Shown one piece after another: positions 50,165 through 63,024 of a stretch of DNA of 64,000 bases; positions within the stretch are counted from its first letter, which is position 1; the number at the start of each line of letters is the position of its first letter. Under the pieces are notes generated by a model. It was not told the DNA's origin, did not search any database, and saw only the letters and a list, made by a program, of their open reading frames with translations. Source of the DNA: Selaginella moellendorffii (lineage: Eukaryota > Plantae > Lycopodiophyta); the NCBI RefSeq assembly GCF_000143415.4, contig NW_003314286.1:803460-867459 (forward strand), given 5' to 3'. The position numbers and the translations under genes are program-made.

Positions 50165-52711
50165 AAACCCTAAATCTGGAAAGATTAAGCTAACCGGTTA
50201 TATTTAATTAGGAACGAAATTTTAATGTCATCACTAATTCAAAAGAAGAAATAAACTTTAATTAAAATTTAATATTTCTAAGTTAAAGGTTTGTTATAAT
50301 TCATCTATTTAAAAAAATTATAGAATTTATTAAATATTACTAAACTAACATAGTTATATATCATTTATACATGCTTCAAAAAATAAAACTTATAATAATG
50401 TTTTGTATTCATCAAAAAGTTATTCTCATAATCAGAATTAACCTTTCTATTGTATTTTGCAAAAATGAACACTTCAAAAGAAAACTAAAAATAATGACAT
50501 TACATCATTCGACTATAATCAATCATATAAAATAAATGATTAATGATACGATTTCATAATTAATTTTGAGAACTAAAAAATATATTTTTAGAAAAATTTC
50601 TTAAGAATCAAACTCAATCTCTCTATAATGAAAATATAAAAAACAATTTAATATTAATTTAAATACCACTTATTTATAACATATTTATATAAAACAATTG
50701 TGAGGTTTATGATGCCATATATTAATATTAGCGTAATGGGATTTTGGTAGCTATCAGATTGGTTTCAATTTAGACCACTCACTCATGTATATAAACTAGA
50801 GTTTTAGGGCTAATTGATATGCACATTTTCTATATTTCCTTTTCATATTCCAAGCACTCACATTGGTGGAGGTGAGGGGCATTTTCCATTGTCCTTAAGA
50901 GTGTTTGGATTTAGGATTTTGGTTTAAATTTAACTTTTGAATTGTTTAGATTTAACATTTTCTATTTCCTTTCTTTTATTCTTTCTTTTCAGGATTTTGG
51001 TTTAAATTTAACTTTTCCATTGTCTAGATCTTCCTTTCTTTCTAGTTTTTTTATGATTTCTCTTCTTTTACTCTTTCCTTTTTATTCATCTTCATGGCAG
51101 AGTAGTAGTCTCTTCCTCTGACTCTAGAGTAGTAGTTGGTGTAATTGTTTGATGCTATGCAATTATAATTGAACAACCAAACTAAGTTGATAGCAACATT
51201 CATAGCACATAGTACAACTCCTCTTTTTTTTGGTGCCAATTTTTGCATTTAACCGGAGTTCTTTCGTAGGAATCCTGGGGATGATATGTACTATTGATTC
51301 AATCACTTCACAATAATTGCCACATATCATTTTTGGAATGATACTCGACATTTACATGAGTTTCCCATGTGTCTCCAAGGGATAGTGTTGTAGTGATACA
51401 ATGGTTTGAGTGCAACCACTCGTGGGGATTGGAGTGTTTTCCATAATGTCTTCAAACGCACATTTGGACATGCTGATGATTATGATAATGATTTCCAGCA
51501 ATTGCATCGTCTTTGTCAAGGGCCATCTGAGGTGGTGATCCAATTTAGCGTTCATTTCCAAAGCCTCTTGCTTCATGTGGAGCTAAATATGTCAGAGAGG
51601 ATCAAACTAGGAATGTTGTGGCTAGCACTTCGTCAAGATCTTGTCGGATTTATACATACACTTGCTCCAGCCACCCTTGACAATACTCTTCGCTTGGCAC
51701 AATATTATAAGATGTCGTCTCTTCCACTTCTCCCTATACATCCTTCCACTCCACTTCTTGTGAGGGATGGTCCTGTTCCAATGGAGGTTGATGCTACTAT
51801 TGCTCGAATTCAAAGACAAGGGCAAAGATGTGGTTGTGGTTGTGACATTTGCTATTAGGCATGTGATGAAGTTGATTACACTTATCGGTGTTGTCAGTGT
51901 TTTCCAGATTGGTGACCTCCATTTCTTGGGTGGACACCTTGGCGTCAACAACATCTTATTGGTGCTGCTGTAGTGGAAGGTCTAAATACTGAGATGCATC
52001 CGGGAAACAAGGAGTCATGCGAGTAACAGAGGGACCTTGCGCGAATAAGTCAGTGACACCTTCATCTTTTTTTTGGGAGTATCATCAAAGGGTCCACTTA
52101 GTACTGATTCATCTAGTGTTTACTTTCCAAGCTCGTTTTTATAACAAAATGTCTCATATTATTCTCTCCGTGTTGGTTGATATAAGTTCGAGTTTATCTT
52201 CTATTGCTCAACCTGTTGCCACATGTTGCCGTCTACACTTGCATCATATGGTAGAACCAATTTTCATTCATTATAGCAACGGCCGTACACATGCATGTGC
52301 ATGAGATGAGGTAAACCTGATTGTGCATGTGGGTGATCTTGAGCTTGAATTACAGTCATTGTAGGTGGTGCCAAGTCAAGCTTTTGACCTCATCATTGGT
52401 ATGGGTTGTAGCGCAATCATGCTAAATATGACTTTGAGGCTTTTCCCCTTTATCTCATACTTCCTTGTATTTCATTTATTCCTCTCACTTTCATACCACT
52501 TCATCCTTCTACTTCTACCTCTACTTCTATTACTTTTGTCTTCCCACTACTTCCTTGTACATTTCTATTTTGTTCTACTCTTCCCTTTTTTATTCTTCCA
52601 ACAATCTTTGTATTATAGTGGTTGACCAGCTTATGAAGGAGTATGCTAATTTCTTTGAATTTGACCTATCATCTGGGGCCAAGATTGCCACATGTCATTT
52701 GATTCCAATTA

Positions 52712-54385
52712 GGTCCAACCCCTACACTCTCCCTACTATACTTTTGGAGTCTCACTCACAACCTTTATAAGTTTTATTCTGGACTTAGGGACTTGTTAGC
52801 CCCAAAAATGGCATCTATGCCACTCAACCTTTGCACTTGGTCTAAATGTTGCATGTGTTTAATCTCATGACCACCCAAAGGTACCACTGACATACCAGCC
52901 TATTACTCTAAAGCTATACCCATTCACCTTTGTCACACTGATGATCCAACACCACCCATATCATAGTCTTGTCTCTCAAAGACTGGGCCATCCGTCCATG
53001 AGTGATCATCCCATATCCACTCGTTACCATCCTTAGGATGCCCATAGATATGGGGAATAACCTTCTCTAATATCCCTTTTTAAGTCCCCACTAAGTCCCT
53101 TTCCGTCCATGATTGTGTTCACCAACATTGCCACTGGATCAAAGCCCATAGTCCTGACCACCAAGTCCCATTGTCCTCTGGGACTTCCTCACCATGTGAC
53201 TGTATCTTTAGTCGCCATACCAAAAGACTACTCCTCTTCCTTTCCACAATCTAGCACTTTGGGACAACATTTTGGAACACTGTGGCCCTATGCGAGCCTT
53301 ATGGGTATTCTCCCCGCCTTCTGTCTTTGGGTGCTCTAGCCATGGACTTAGAGTGAGGTTCCATTAAGCCATGCCAGGTATCCAAGTAGATAATGCCACC
53401 CACGCTTGGACTGGGAGTATCAACCATTCAATTTCCCGGGGGAATTAGAGCCAACTCTTGAACACTTCATCAAGTTACCCCATTTGTCAGTCTGTATTCA
53501 CTTTAGTCTTGGACTTCCCAATGGTTATCTCATCACCCAACATCAGGTATAACTTTCTTGGGCCAAATTGACTCCACTGGGGTCCAACCCCCACACTCTC
53601 CCTACTATAATTTTGGAACCCTTCTATAGCCCTCCGCCCCCCTGGGGGACGATCGCTTTAGACTTTCACCCAATAACTTATATTAGTATTCGGACTCAGA
53701 CTCGGACTCAGATTTGGACTCGGACTTGGTCTTAGTCTTGGACTCGAACTCAATCTTGGTCTCGGACTCAGTCTCGGTCTCGGTCTCGGTCTCTCAGTTT
53801 CAATCTTGATTCCATCTTGGAGTCCATCTTGGGTCTATCTCGAGTCTATCTCAAACTCCATTTTGGACTCCATTTCGGATTGCATCTCAGGTCTATCTTG
53901 GACTCCATCTTGGGTCCATCTCGAACTCCATCTCAGACTTGATCTCGGACTCCATCTCAGGTTCATTTTGGGTCCATCTCGGACTCCATCTCGGGTCCAT
54001 CTTAGGTCCATCTCGGATCCATCTCAGGTTGATCTTAGACTCCATCTTGGGTCCATCTTGGGTCCATCTCAGACTCCATCTCAGGTCCATCTCAGGTCCA
54101 TCTCAGGTCCATCTCAAACTCCATCTCAGGTCCATCTCAGGTCCATTTCAAATCCATTTCGGACTCCATGTGTTAGTCATCTTGTATCCTTTTTCTATAG
54201 ACTCACTTACTGTTTGCTTCATACTTGTTCTCGAGCACTTTGTTGAGAGTTGCACTCCCACTCTCAACTGTCTAAGTCGGAGCTTTTAGTCCAAATGTGT
54301 TATTCCTATTTGGCTTTCATTTCGGCCACTACCATGTGGCACCCTTTTGACTCCACTTTTAGGGTTTTGGGATTTGTGTCTTATA
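52712..54385 (-). mobile_element. Family-A LTR inserted in the PR/RT region of copy III, left end rearranged
   Basis: Aligns to the 16819/17838 LTRs including the GGACTC tracts and ends gatttgtgtcttata at 54385. The left terminus is replaced by an internal LTR piece and about 15 bp of host are missing, so no TSD is visible. Confidence 0.85.
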
Positions 54386-56457
54386 AGTTCCTGTTCCTTG
54401 TCAATCCCCCAAAAAGATCAAGATTTTACGTGCAAATGTCAAAGAAATATTAGAAAAAGGTGTTATTCAAAAGTTGCAAATGGGTATATGAACCTCATCT
54501 TGTGACGAAGCCTGATGGGAGTATTTATTTTTGCATTGACTATCGTCCATTAAACAAAGTGATGATCCCAAATGTGTACCTTTTTCCTCACACTACTAGT
54601 CTCTTGAATCATCTGGGGAGAAGTTGTTTATTCACCAAGCTAAATTTTGTTTTTGGGTACCAACAAGTAGCAATAACTGAAAAAAATATTCCTAAGACTG
54701 CTTTTTGTACACCATTTGGTTTATACAAATTATTAGTGATGCCATTTGGTTTCAACAATGCTTTAACGACTTTTTAGCGGATGATGGATGAGGTTCTTTG
54801 CAATATGCCAAAGGTGACTACTAACTTCATTGATGATGTCTTGATTCACTTGGAGGGACATGGGAGGAACACGTCTATGATGTTTGTAAAGTGTTAGATT
54901 GGCTACGAAACGTTGGTTTAAAGTTAAAACAGTTAAAGTGCATGTTTGGGTCCAAGGATACAACTTATCTTGGGTACCATATTTTTCGTGAGGGTTTGCA
55001 AGTTGATTCTGACAAACTTATGATTATTCTAAAGTTTCCTACTCCGAAGTGTGTGAATAATGATATGTAAAGCTTCTTGGGCAAGGTCTAGTATCTTGGT
55101 TGTTTTGTGGATCATCTTTCTGATCGCACTGCACTATTGCAAGCATTGTTGAGGTCATTAACATTGTTTTTCATTTGGTATGCAGATTGTGAACGGGCAT
55201 TTGTGGATCTTAAAGAGTTATTGACAATTCCTTTGATTTTGGCATATCCTAAATACACTCAATCTTTCATTTTGCACGTGGATGATTTTGATATTAGTCT
55301 TGAAGGTGTGTTAATGCAAAAGAGCCCGAGTGTGCATAGTCAACACTATCCCATTATATATATCAACCGTACATTACAACCGGCGAAGATGAACCACTTT
55401 ATGATAGAGAATGAGTGTTTAGCAGTAGTCTGGGGTTTTGAGAAAATTCATGCATATCTACATAATTCTCGGACCTTACTAAAAGGAAATTATATTGCTG
55501 TTACTTCATTATTGAAGAACTTAGTTAGTCGTATTGCTCAGTGCACTTTAAAGCTTTAGATGATGTTGTTCATCACTTGGGGAGTTCTATGGTTAATGTT
55601 AATGCCCTTTTTTAAGTTTTTCTTCCTCCTTCACTCTCTTTTTATGTTTCTGACAAGCCTATTGTTTTAGCACCTATGAATTTTATAGACGAGGATTTTG
55701 TGCCATTAGCAATTGTTATACTTGACGCTCAATGTCCACAAGGTACAGAGCAAAATCTATTTTCTTTTGATGAGGTTCATGAGGCTCAAAAAATTAAGCC
55801 ATGGATTCAAAACCTTCGAAAAAGGTTTGAAAATCCTATATCACTTGTTGATGACTTGCCATTCTTGCATTTACATTCTTAATATCACCTTAAAGACATT
55901 TTCAATATCAAAAGAAATATTTTAAATCAGAATAAGGTTTTTAAAGCTCACATGAAAAACATAATTATGTTTTTAATCTTTAAACAAGTATTTGTATACT
56001 AGTTAGAAAAACATTATCCACATTAACTCGGTTATTTTCATTGACTTAGATTTTAAATCAATGTTGTGGAGCATAAAAAAAATCTAAATCACCATTGCTT
56101 GGAGTGAATATTGCTAGAAGAAAAATCCACTATAAAAGCATCTCCCAAAGAAGTACACAAAGTTGACTAAGGTAAATAAACTTAAATTACATGTTTTCAG
56201 GGTTTATTAGCATACAACTATTATCTACCTATACTCACTGGGTAACATTATAAAATGACATAAAACCACATAATACGCTAATAACTGCTAAATATTGATA
56301 GATAAATAAAAGTGAAGAATATTTGACATATGAGTTCTTGTAGTACTTAGGATAAACCATTACAGAAATATTGACAAAACTTGGTGTATAATTATAAATA
56401 ATTATGCTTTAATTTGTCAATCAACAGAAATTATTGTCTATTTTATAATTTATTTTC

Positions 56458-57306
56458 TTAACATAAAGAATGAGAACTTAATTCCCACCATATTTTATTT
56501 GGAAATTGTACAGTAGAAATTACCAAATTACAATCATTCTGAACAGTAAAGTAATAAAGATTTAAGGAACTTATATCTTGAGGATAAACTGAATTAGTTC
56601 TCCAAATTATTTGGTAATTATTATATAAAAAGCAAATACCATTAGTTTGAAATTCTAATACACAAGATACATTAACATTTTGTGATGTATGTGACTCCCA
56701 AATTTGAGTCTTCTGGAAATAAAGAACAAGATTACAATCTTTTTTTAACAATAAAATATCTTTTTCATTAGGAGAGACTAAAAAGTTACCACTATAAAGA
56801 ATCATAGGACTAATAAGTGTATTAGATTCAAGAATGCATAAATATAAACCACCAAACAGTTTACTTTTTTGAAGAAGTTCTTCCCGGTTTTCTAGCTCAT
56901 ATTGTATGAAATAACCACTATTTTCATTTAGAAAAAAATCATAAAGATGTAGATTAAGAATACTTATATATGGATATAAAAGTCTTTCAAAACCAGATTT
57001 TAAATTTATTCCCTTTGTTTTTACCACTGTCTCACTTATAGAGCATTGGTATTTTGATTTAATTTCTATATTTACAATTCCACATGAAACACTAACAGAT
57101 CCTCCATCTCCATAAGTACGAGAATAATCTTCTTTGTGGTTAATTTTATTTATTAAATCTGTAATTAAGCCAATAACTTTTACCATATCTTGTGCATTTA
57201 ATATTCTGGCCCTTCCAAATTTCAAATTTAGTGGAGCAATAGTTTCTTTAAAATAGAAAAATACAAGTACTAGTAAAACTATAAATATTTTAACTATGAT
57301 AGCCAT
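56458..57306 (-). CDS. Putative secreted protein: signal peptide + unknown ~130-aa domain + bulb-type (GNA/B-) lectin domain; intronless, 282 aa
   Basis: Hydrophobic N-terminus IVKIFIVLLVLVFFYF; C-terminal LYSGNFLVSPN..ILLLKKDCNLVLY....IWESHT...CVLEFQTNG..LY....IIWRTNS...YYFTVQNDCNLVI matches the three-subdomain B-lectin pattern; TATAAAT about 40 bp upstream (57346-57352, minus). Confidence 0.8.
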   Translation of the reverse strand: MAIIVKIFIVLLVLVFFYFKETIAPLNLKFGRARILNAQDMVKVIGLITDLINKINHKEDYSRTYGDGGSVSVSCGIVNIEIKSKYQCSISETVVKTKGINLKSGFERLLYPYISILNLHLYDFFLNENSGYFIQYELENREELLQKSKLFGGLYLCILESNTLISPMILYSGNFLVSPNEKDILLLKKDCNLVLYFQKTQIWESHTSQNVNVSCVLEFQTNGICFLYNNYQIIWRTNSVYPQDISSLNLYYFTVQNDCNLVISTVQFPNKIWWELSSHSLC

Positions 57307-60300
57307 TATATCTTAGTACCTTTTGTGTTAAAACCTATATATTACATTTATAAGCTTTTGCTGTTTGGAAGTTTCTAAAAATAGAATAATACTATTGTTA
57401 ACATATATATTAATATTTCTAATTCGTGATATGACCTAGGATCCTAATTATAATTTTATATTCTTGAAATGAAGAAGCCTATGTTTATTATTAATAAACC
57501 TTTCGAATGAAGAAAACTTGAATTTACAAGTGAAATATTACCTCACTATATTGAATTTTATATTCTTGTAAACAACAGTTAACACTTAATACAATCCCTT
57601 GAAATTGAATAGAAATGCATATACTTTGCACCATATGATAGCTTTATAATAATATTAGTATTGCCCAATAAATGCACAGTGAATATAAAAACAAAAACGT
57701 TTATACAGCTTTTTGAATATATTAGAACATCCAGGCATAAGTAATAATAAATATTTTTAATAAAGTATGCAAATATAATCTTAAATATGAATATTAGATG
57801 TAAATTATTATTTGGAAAGTCACGCAAGTAATGGAGGGACCTTGCATGAATAAATTAGTGACCCTATCTTTCTTTATCAAAGGGTTTACCTTCTCTTGAT
57901 GACGTTCGTGAGACTTAAAAGCTTGAGGCATGCATTCGAAAGCTTTGAAATGGGTTTAAGAATCTTGCATCATTTGCTTATAATTTGTTATTCCGACATT
58001 CACATTCTCAATATCATCTTAAATACTGCTTTTTTTATTTTGTGGGGATGGATCATGATGATCCTTTATAGCTGGTAATGCCTTTTGTCTTTATTCCATG
58101 GTTTTTTTATGCCTACCATGATTTTCCTATTTTAGGCGGGTATATAGGACATCGTTGTATGACCAAGAAGCGACACAAATCTTTCTATCAGTTAGAAATG
58201 CGACATAATGTTATCCAATATGTGCGTAACTGCGTTTGGTGCCAAATTCGTAATACTCCCCCTAATGCTGCAGAAGGATGGTTAGAATCAATTGCAATTT
58301 CCCATTTGTTTGAGTTGGTGGAGTTAACATTATGGGACTTTTTCCATGATCGATTATTAGCAATGAATATGTTATTATTGCTTTTGATTATTTGACTCAT
58401 TGGGTGGAAGTTGGTACTTTTGCTAGTGCCTCTGCGACTGCTGTTGGATACTTTTTCCTTAATCAAGTGGTATTCTAGCATTTTTGTTTAGAGCAGATTC
58501 TTTAGGATAATGGTCCCGCATTTATGGCTGAGGCATTTCATGTTTTGACATCTCAATTGGATATACACCACACTTTCATGAGTGCTTATCATCCATAGTC
58601 AGATGGTTTGGTGAAATGACTCGTTCGGACATTCAAAAGAATGATCACAAAGTATGTCAACTTTCAACATTCAGATTGGGATGGTTATTTACTGTTTCTT
58701 CAGTATACATATGTCACAAGGGTGTAGAGTTCTATTAGTGCTTCACCATATAAATTCCTGTATGGTCATGATCCAATATTACCAACGGAGCTGGGTTTAC
58801 CTTCGTGATTGCCACAAGCTGCTGATGCTAGGCCATGGGATTAATATTTGACAAACATTCTTCCACTTATCCAAGCAGAGTCTGCTGAATAGTTAGGCCA
58901 TATATAAGTAAGACAACAATGGTGTCACAACTCTTATCATCGTTCACATGTGGAGTACAAAGTGGATAGTCCATTTTCCTCATCTTCTGGTATATGGTTT
59001 ATCTAAAGGGCTTCTTGCTCAGTGAAAAGGACTGTATCGAGTGTTGTGGCAAGTTAGACTACAAGTTTATAAGGTTTGGCATGACGTTTAATAGGCCGAT
59101 CCTCTAGAAATTGTATATGTGTAGTGGTTGAAACACTTCATACAAAGGGATCATGAACAATTGATACCACTTACAAATCCACTAATGCCTCCTTTTGACA
59201 TTCCTCTAAATCCCAACCCATCTATAAGAGAATCCTGATAGTTTTCTATTATTCCGAAAAGAGGGGATGATGTGAGGTTTAAGTGTATGGCTACAATACT
59301 ATATATTAATATTAGTATAGTGGGACTTTAATAATTGTCATATTGGTTTCAATCCAGACCACTAGCTCCTGTATATAAACTAAGGTGTTTAGCCTAATTG
59401 ATATGCACATTTTTCATATTCCCTTTCCATATTCTAGGCATTTACACAATTAAAATTTCTTCCTTATTTCTCTAGATTATTTTAATTTAATTAACTCAAT
59501 ATTTTAATTATGTTATGTTCAGAACTTTTTAAACAAAACCTACCTTATACATAAATTTGAGATATATATATATATGAAAAATATATTTGTTTATCAATAT
59601 AATTGAAATATATTACATGCTATTAAACAATTATTATATTTTTAATTTATTACTTTATTCGAAATTTTAATTCAAAAATAAAGACCAAGATATCTATAAC
59701 AAGTAAATATATAAATTTGGTGACTAACAACTAATTACAAGGTAAAACCATATTTATATAGTAATAGAAAATCCACATTTAAAATGATTATAGTTTATAA
59801 ATTATTTTATAAATCTAAAAAACACATTTTAAACATTTTAAAATAGTTTTGTGATCACTATTTCTAATTTTAAAGTAAAAATAGTTTTAAAGTTTAGTTT
59901 TTACAAACAAGTTATTAACTTTAATGATAAAGTTTAACCGCTATTTTTATACCACAAAAACATATTTTTCAATGATAATTGATAAATAATGAGAGTGTTC
60001 TCAGTAAAAAAGTATAATTTATTATATGTATGTATTATATTTTTTTTATAAATCTAAATTAAACAGCCACTATCATGTAACTTAATTAATATCTAAATTC
60101 TAAAATACTTCGAAATCATAAGTTTTAAAACTTTATTTGTATGCTTTTATAATGAATAATTTTCAGAATTGCCATGCTTATGTATATGAAATAAAATTCT
60201 ATATTAAATAAATATTTATTTGTTATTTGTATCTTCCATGATTTTTTAATCTTTCTATGATAAATTTAATTGATCCAAAAGAAGGACAATCTAAAAACAT

Positions 60301-60665
60301 TATGCAAATTCTATTTTTATTTTTATTTTTGATATATATTTATTTAAATATGTATAACATATCAATAAAAATCAACTATTGAAGTAATTTGACATATATT
60401 TTTTAATAAAAATTACACTTCTATTATTATAGCTAAAATATTTTATTGTATATTTCAATTTTCTAAATATTAATACAAAATATTATAGAATACAATTTCA
60501 CGCAGTACTTTTAAATGTTGTTGCAATTAGTAGATCTCAATTGGTATAATGTTAAAAATATATATATAATGATTTTTTAATGACTGCTTTACAGAACTCA
60601 TTTAAATAAAAAATATAAATCAAAACATATCAAAAGCTACTTATTCGATCATTGTAGAGAGATTT

Positions 60666-61309
60666 CTATTTGTTTTGGTGCCTCCCGAAACGTCTATCCC
60701 TCTCTTGATACTCGGCCAGTGCCACCCGGTACTCATTCTCTCCAAAATCCGGCCATAGCTCGGGCACAAACACGAGCTCCGTGTAGGCCAGCTGCCAGAG
60801 CATGAAGTTACTCAGCCTCTTCTCGCCGCTTGTCCGGATCAGCAAGTCCGGATCGCTGATTTCCTCGTCCCAAGTCGTGAGGAGCTTGCTCTCCAATTTG
60901 GACTCATCAATCTCGTCGAGATCAACACTCCCCCGCTGGACTTCCGCCGCCACAGCCTTGCAAGCCTGGACCAAGTCCTGTCGACCACTGTAGCTTAATC
61001 CCACCACCAGCTTGAGACCTTTGTTGTGGCGCGTTCGCTCCTGGATTTGACACGCCAGCAAGCGTAGAGTGCCTGGAAGCCTGGACAGATCTCCAATGAA
61101 ATGGACACAAATTCCCTTCCTGAGAGAAAAATGCAAAAGAAGAAACAAGAAGCTTATAGCTGTGAAGAAGTCATATATGAATGATAGAGTTCTAGCTTCC
61201 AATCACGAGAAACACTAGGAAAAGAAACTAGAGACTTACGTGAAGATGTTCATGGAGTCCTCCGAGATCACTCTCTCGAACAGTTGCATCAGGAACTGGA
61301 TTTCAATCT
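60666..61309 (-). CDS. cis-prenyltransferase (UPPS/DHDDS family), 3' part; 5' end lost in gap
   Basis: EIQFLMQLFE, FIGDLSRLP, LSYSGRQDLVQA, DPDLLIRTSGEKRLSNFMLWQLAYTEL...LWPDFG...RDRRFG. Confidence 0.95.
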
Positions 61310-61409
61310 NNNNNNNNNNNNNNNNNNNNNNNNNNNNNNNNNNNNNNNNNNNNNNNNNNNNNNNNNNNNNNNNNNNNNNNNNNNNNNNNNNNNNNNNNNN
61401 NNNNNNNNN

Positions 61410-62265
61410 TTTTTGTGGAGCTGTCGGCGCAGCAGCTGCTGGATTGCTCCCGGAGCTACGGCACCGATGGCTGCCACAGCGGCTTTCCCCAGAACGCATT
61501 TGAATACCTCGTCGACACAGGCAATGGCCTCTCGATCGCATCGGATTACCACTTCACAGGTTTCAATGCCACCTGCCGAAAACATGTAAGTACGTGCACC
61601 ATTGTTTTTTACTAAAGTGCTGCTCTCCAGAACCGCTACTCCGTCGGCATTGACGACTACGACAATCTCTATGGCTCCAGCGACGACACGGACATGGTCG
61701 CGCAGGTTGCCAAGCAGCCCGTGACAGCTCTAATCGATGGCAATGCGCCAGAGTTCCTTCGCTACAAAGGGGTCAGTGAAAAATCTTTTTTTTTTTTTTT
61801 TTCTTTTGTGAAGGACAAGTCGCTGAAGCCTTCGAACTAAAAATGCAGGGGATTTACAAGGGCCCATGCAAAGATGACCAGGCAACTCCGTATCTAGCGG
61901 TGCTCATCGTCGGCTATGGATCCGAAAACGGCCAGGACTACTGGATCATCAAAAACTCGGCGGGGACAAGCTGGGGAGAGCAAGGCTACATGAGGCTGCA
62001 GCGTGGAAACCATGGCCTTCCACTGGGTCGATGTGGAGTGAATGGCTTCGTCTACTTTCCCGTCAAACAGAAGCCACCGCCATCTCCACCACCGCCATCT
62101 CCGCCGCCACCCTCTCCTCGACCGCCACCGTCGCCCCCGGTTCCGTGCAGTAAAAGGATTAGCTGCAGGTCGCTGATTCCAACCTTTGCGTGCTGCCCTC
62201 CCAGGGCCAGACCCTGCTGCTGCCCCTGGTGGAAAAGATGTGGTGAGTATGGATGCTCTCTTTAA
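61410..62265 (+). CDS. Papain-family (C1A) cysteine-protease homologue with Pro-rich linker and Cys-rich tail, 3' part; catalytic His absent
   Basis: [65 protein letters not shown]; introns 61586-61630 and about 61772-61848; 5' end in gap. Confidence 0.9.
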
Positions 62266-63024
62266 ACACTTACGTGTATAAGAGCACAAGAGACATTTCA
62301 GCATCTTAAATATCGAGCCTTTCCTTCAAAAGGTCTGGTGGCATGACTTCTCTTATGTCATGGCTCCTTCAGACTTCAAATCGGCAAAATAGGCTTCGGG
62401 TTATCTTTTTCTAAGAGTTTGCTGTGTTCAAGCTTAGATGCCACACCCGCATTGGAAGGTAAGCCAACTTGGAGATCATTCAGCAGCCCACAGCTACAAC
62501 CAGTTCTGGAGATCCATTGTACGTGAAGGAGACTTGCATGTCCGCGTCACACGGTGTCCCAAAGCAAAGTTGATATGTATTTTAATTCTGGCACGCACCA
62601 ATGTAGCGGATATGGTCTTGATTAGCTTTGCAACTGGTGGTTCTACTGGATCTTTCTGGGCAGTCATGCGGCACTCAAACCCGATAACTTAGCTGAGAAC
62701 TTGGACAGCCAAGTTGATCCTCTCGACAACACCAACACCCTCGTATTTTTCCACAATTGCGGGATGCCGCTCAAGCTACTCCTGTCTTGATGCACAGATA
62801 AGATCAAGAGGAAAAGAAAGAACACTTCGTGCCGACGTTGCCATCGCCATTGCTGTGGGGACTCGTGTGTTCTTGTCAATAAAAAGAGCCTTGGTTTAGT
62901 AGACTTGACCTGGTTAGACTGTTTTGACACGGGATCTCGCCACTGTAGAGTTCGCGATTAAATATCTTAAATGTAAAAGTTCCAAAGCAGGAAAAAAAGA
63001 GGAAAAAATGTGTTCTTAAAACTT

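Larger units (their letters stand above)
50699..59446 (+). mobile_element. Ty3/gypsy family G, copy III, decayed, carrying a family-A LTR insert and a ~1.9-kb lectin-gene insert
   Basis: 5' LTR 50699-50862; PBS TGGTGGAGGTGAGGGG 50864-50879; broken gag-PR-RT-RH-IN; PPT 59256-59270; 3' LTR 59271-59446; 4-bp TSD CAAT (50695-50698, 59447-59450). Both LTRs start TGTGAGGTTT, unlike the other copies. Confidence 0.9.

Noticed and set aside
61236-61589. ORFs spanning the 100-N gap, or a prenyltransferase-protease fusion
   Set aside because: The gap is a placeholder; the two genes are on opposite strands and both lack 5' exons, so the true gap must be larger.
62438-62930. Short ORFs between the protease-like and fructokinase genes
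   Set aside because: Protein-like minus-strand stretches are interrupted by stops and match no family I recognise.
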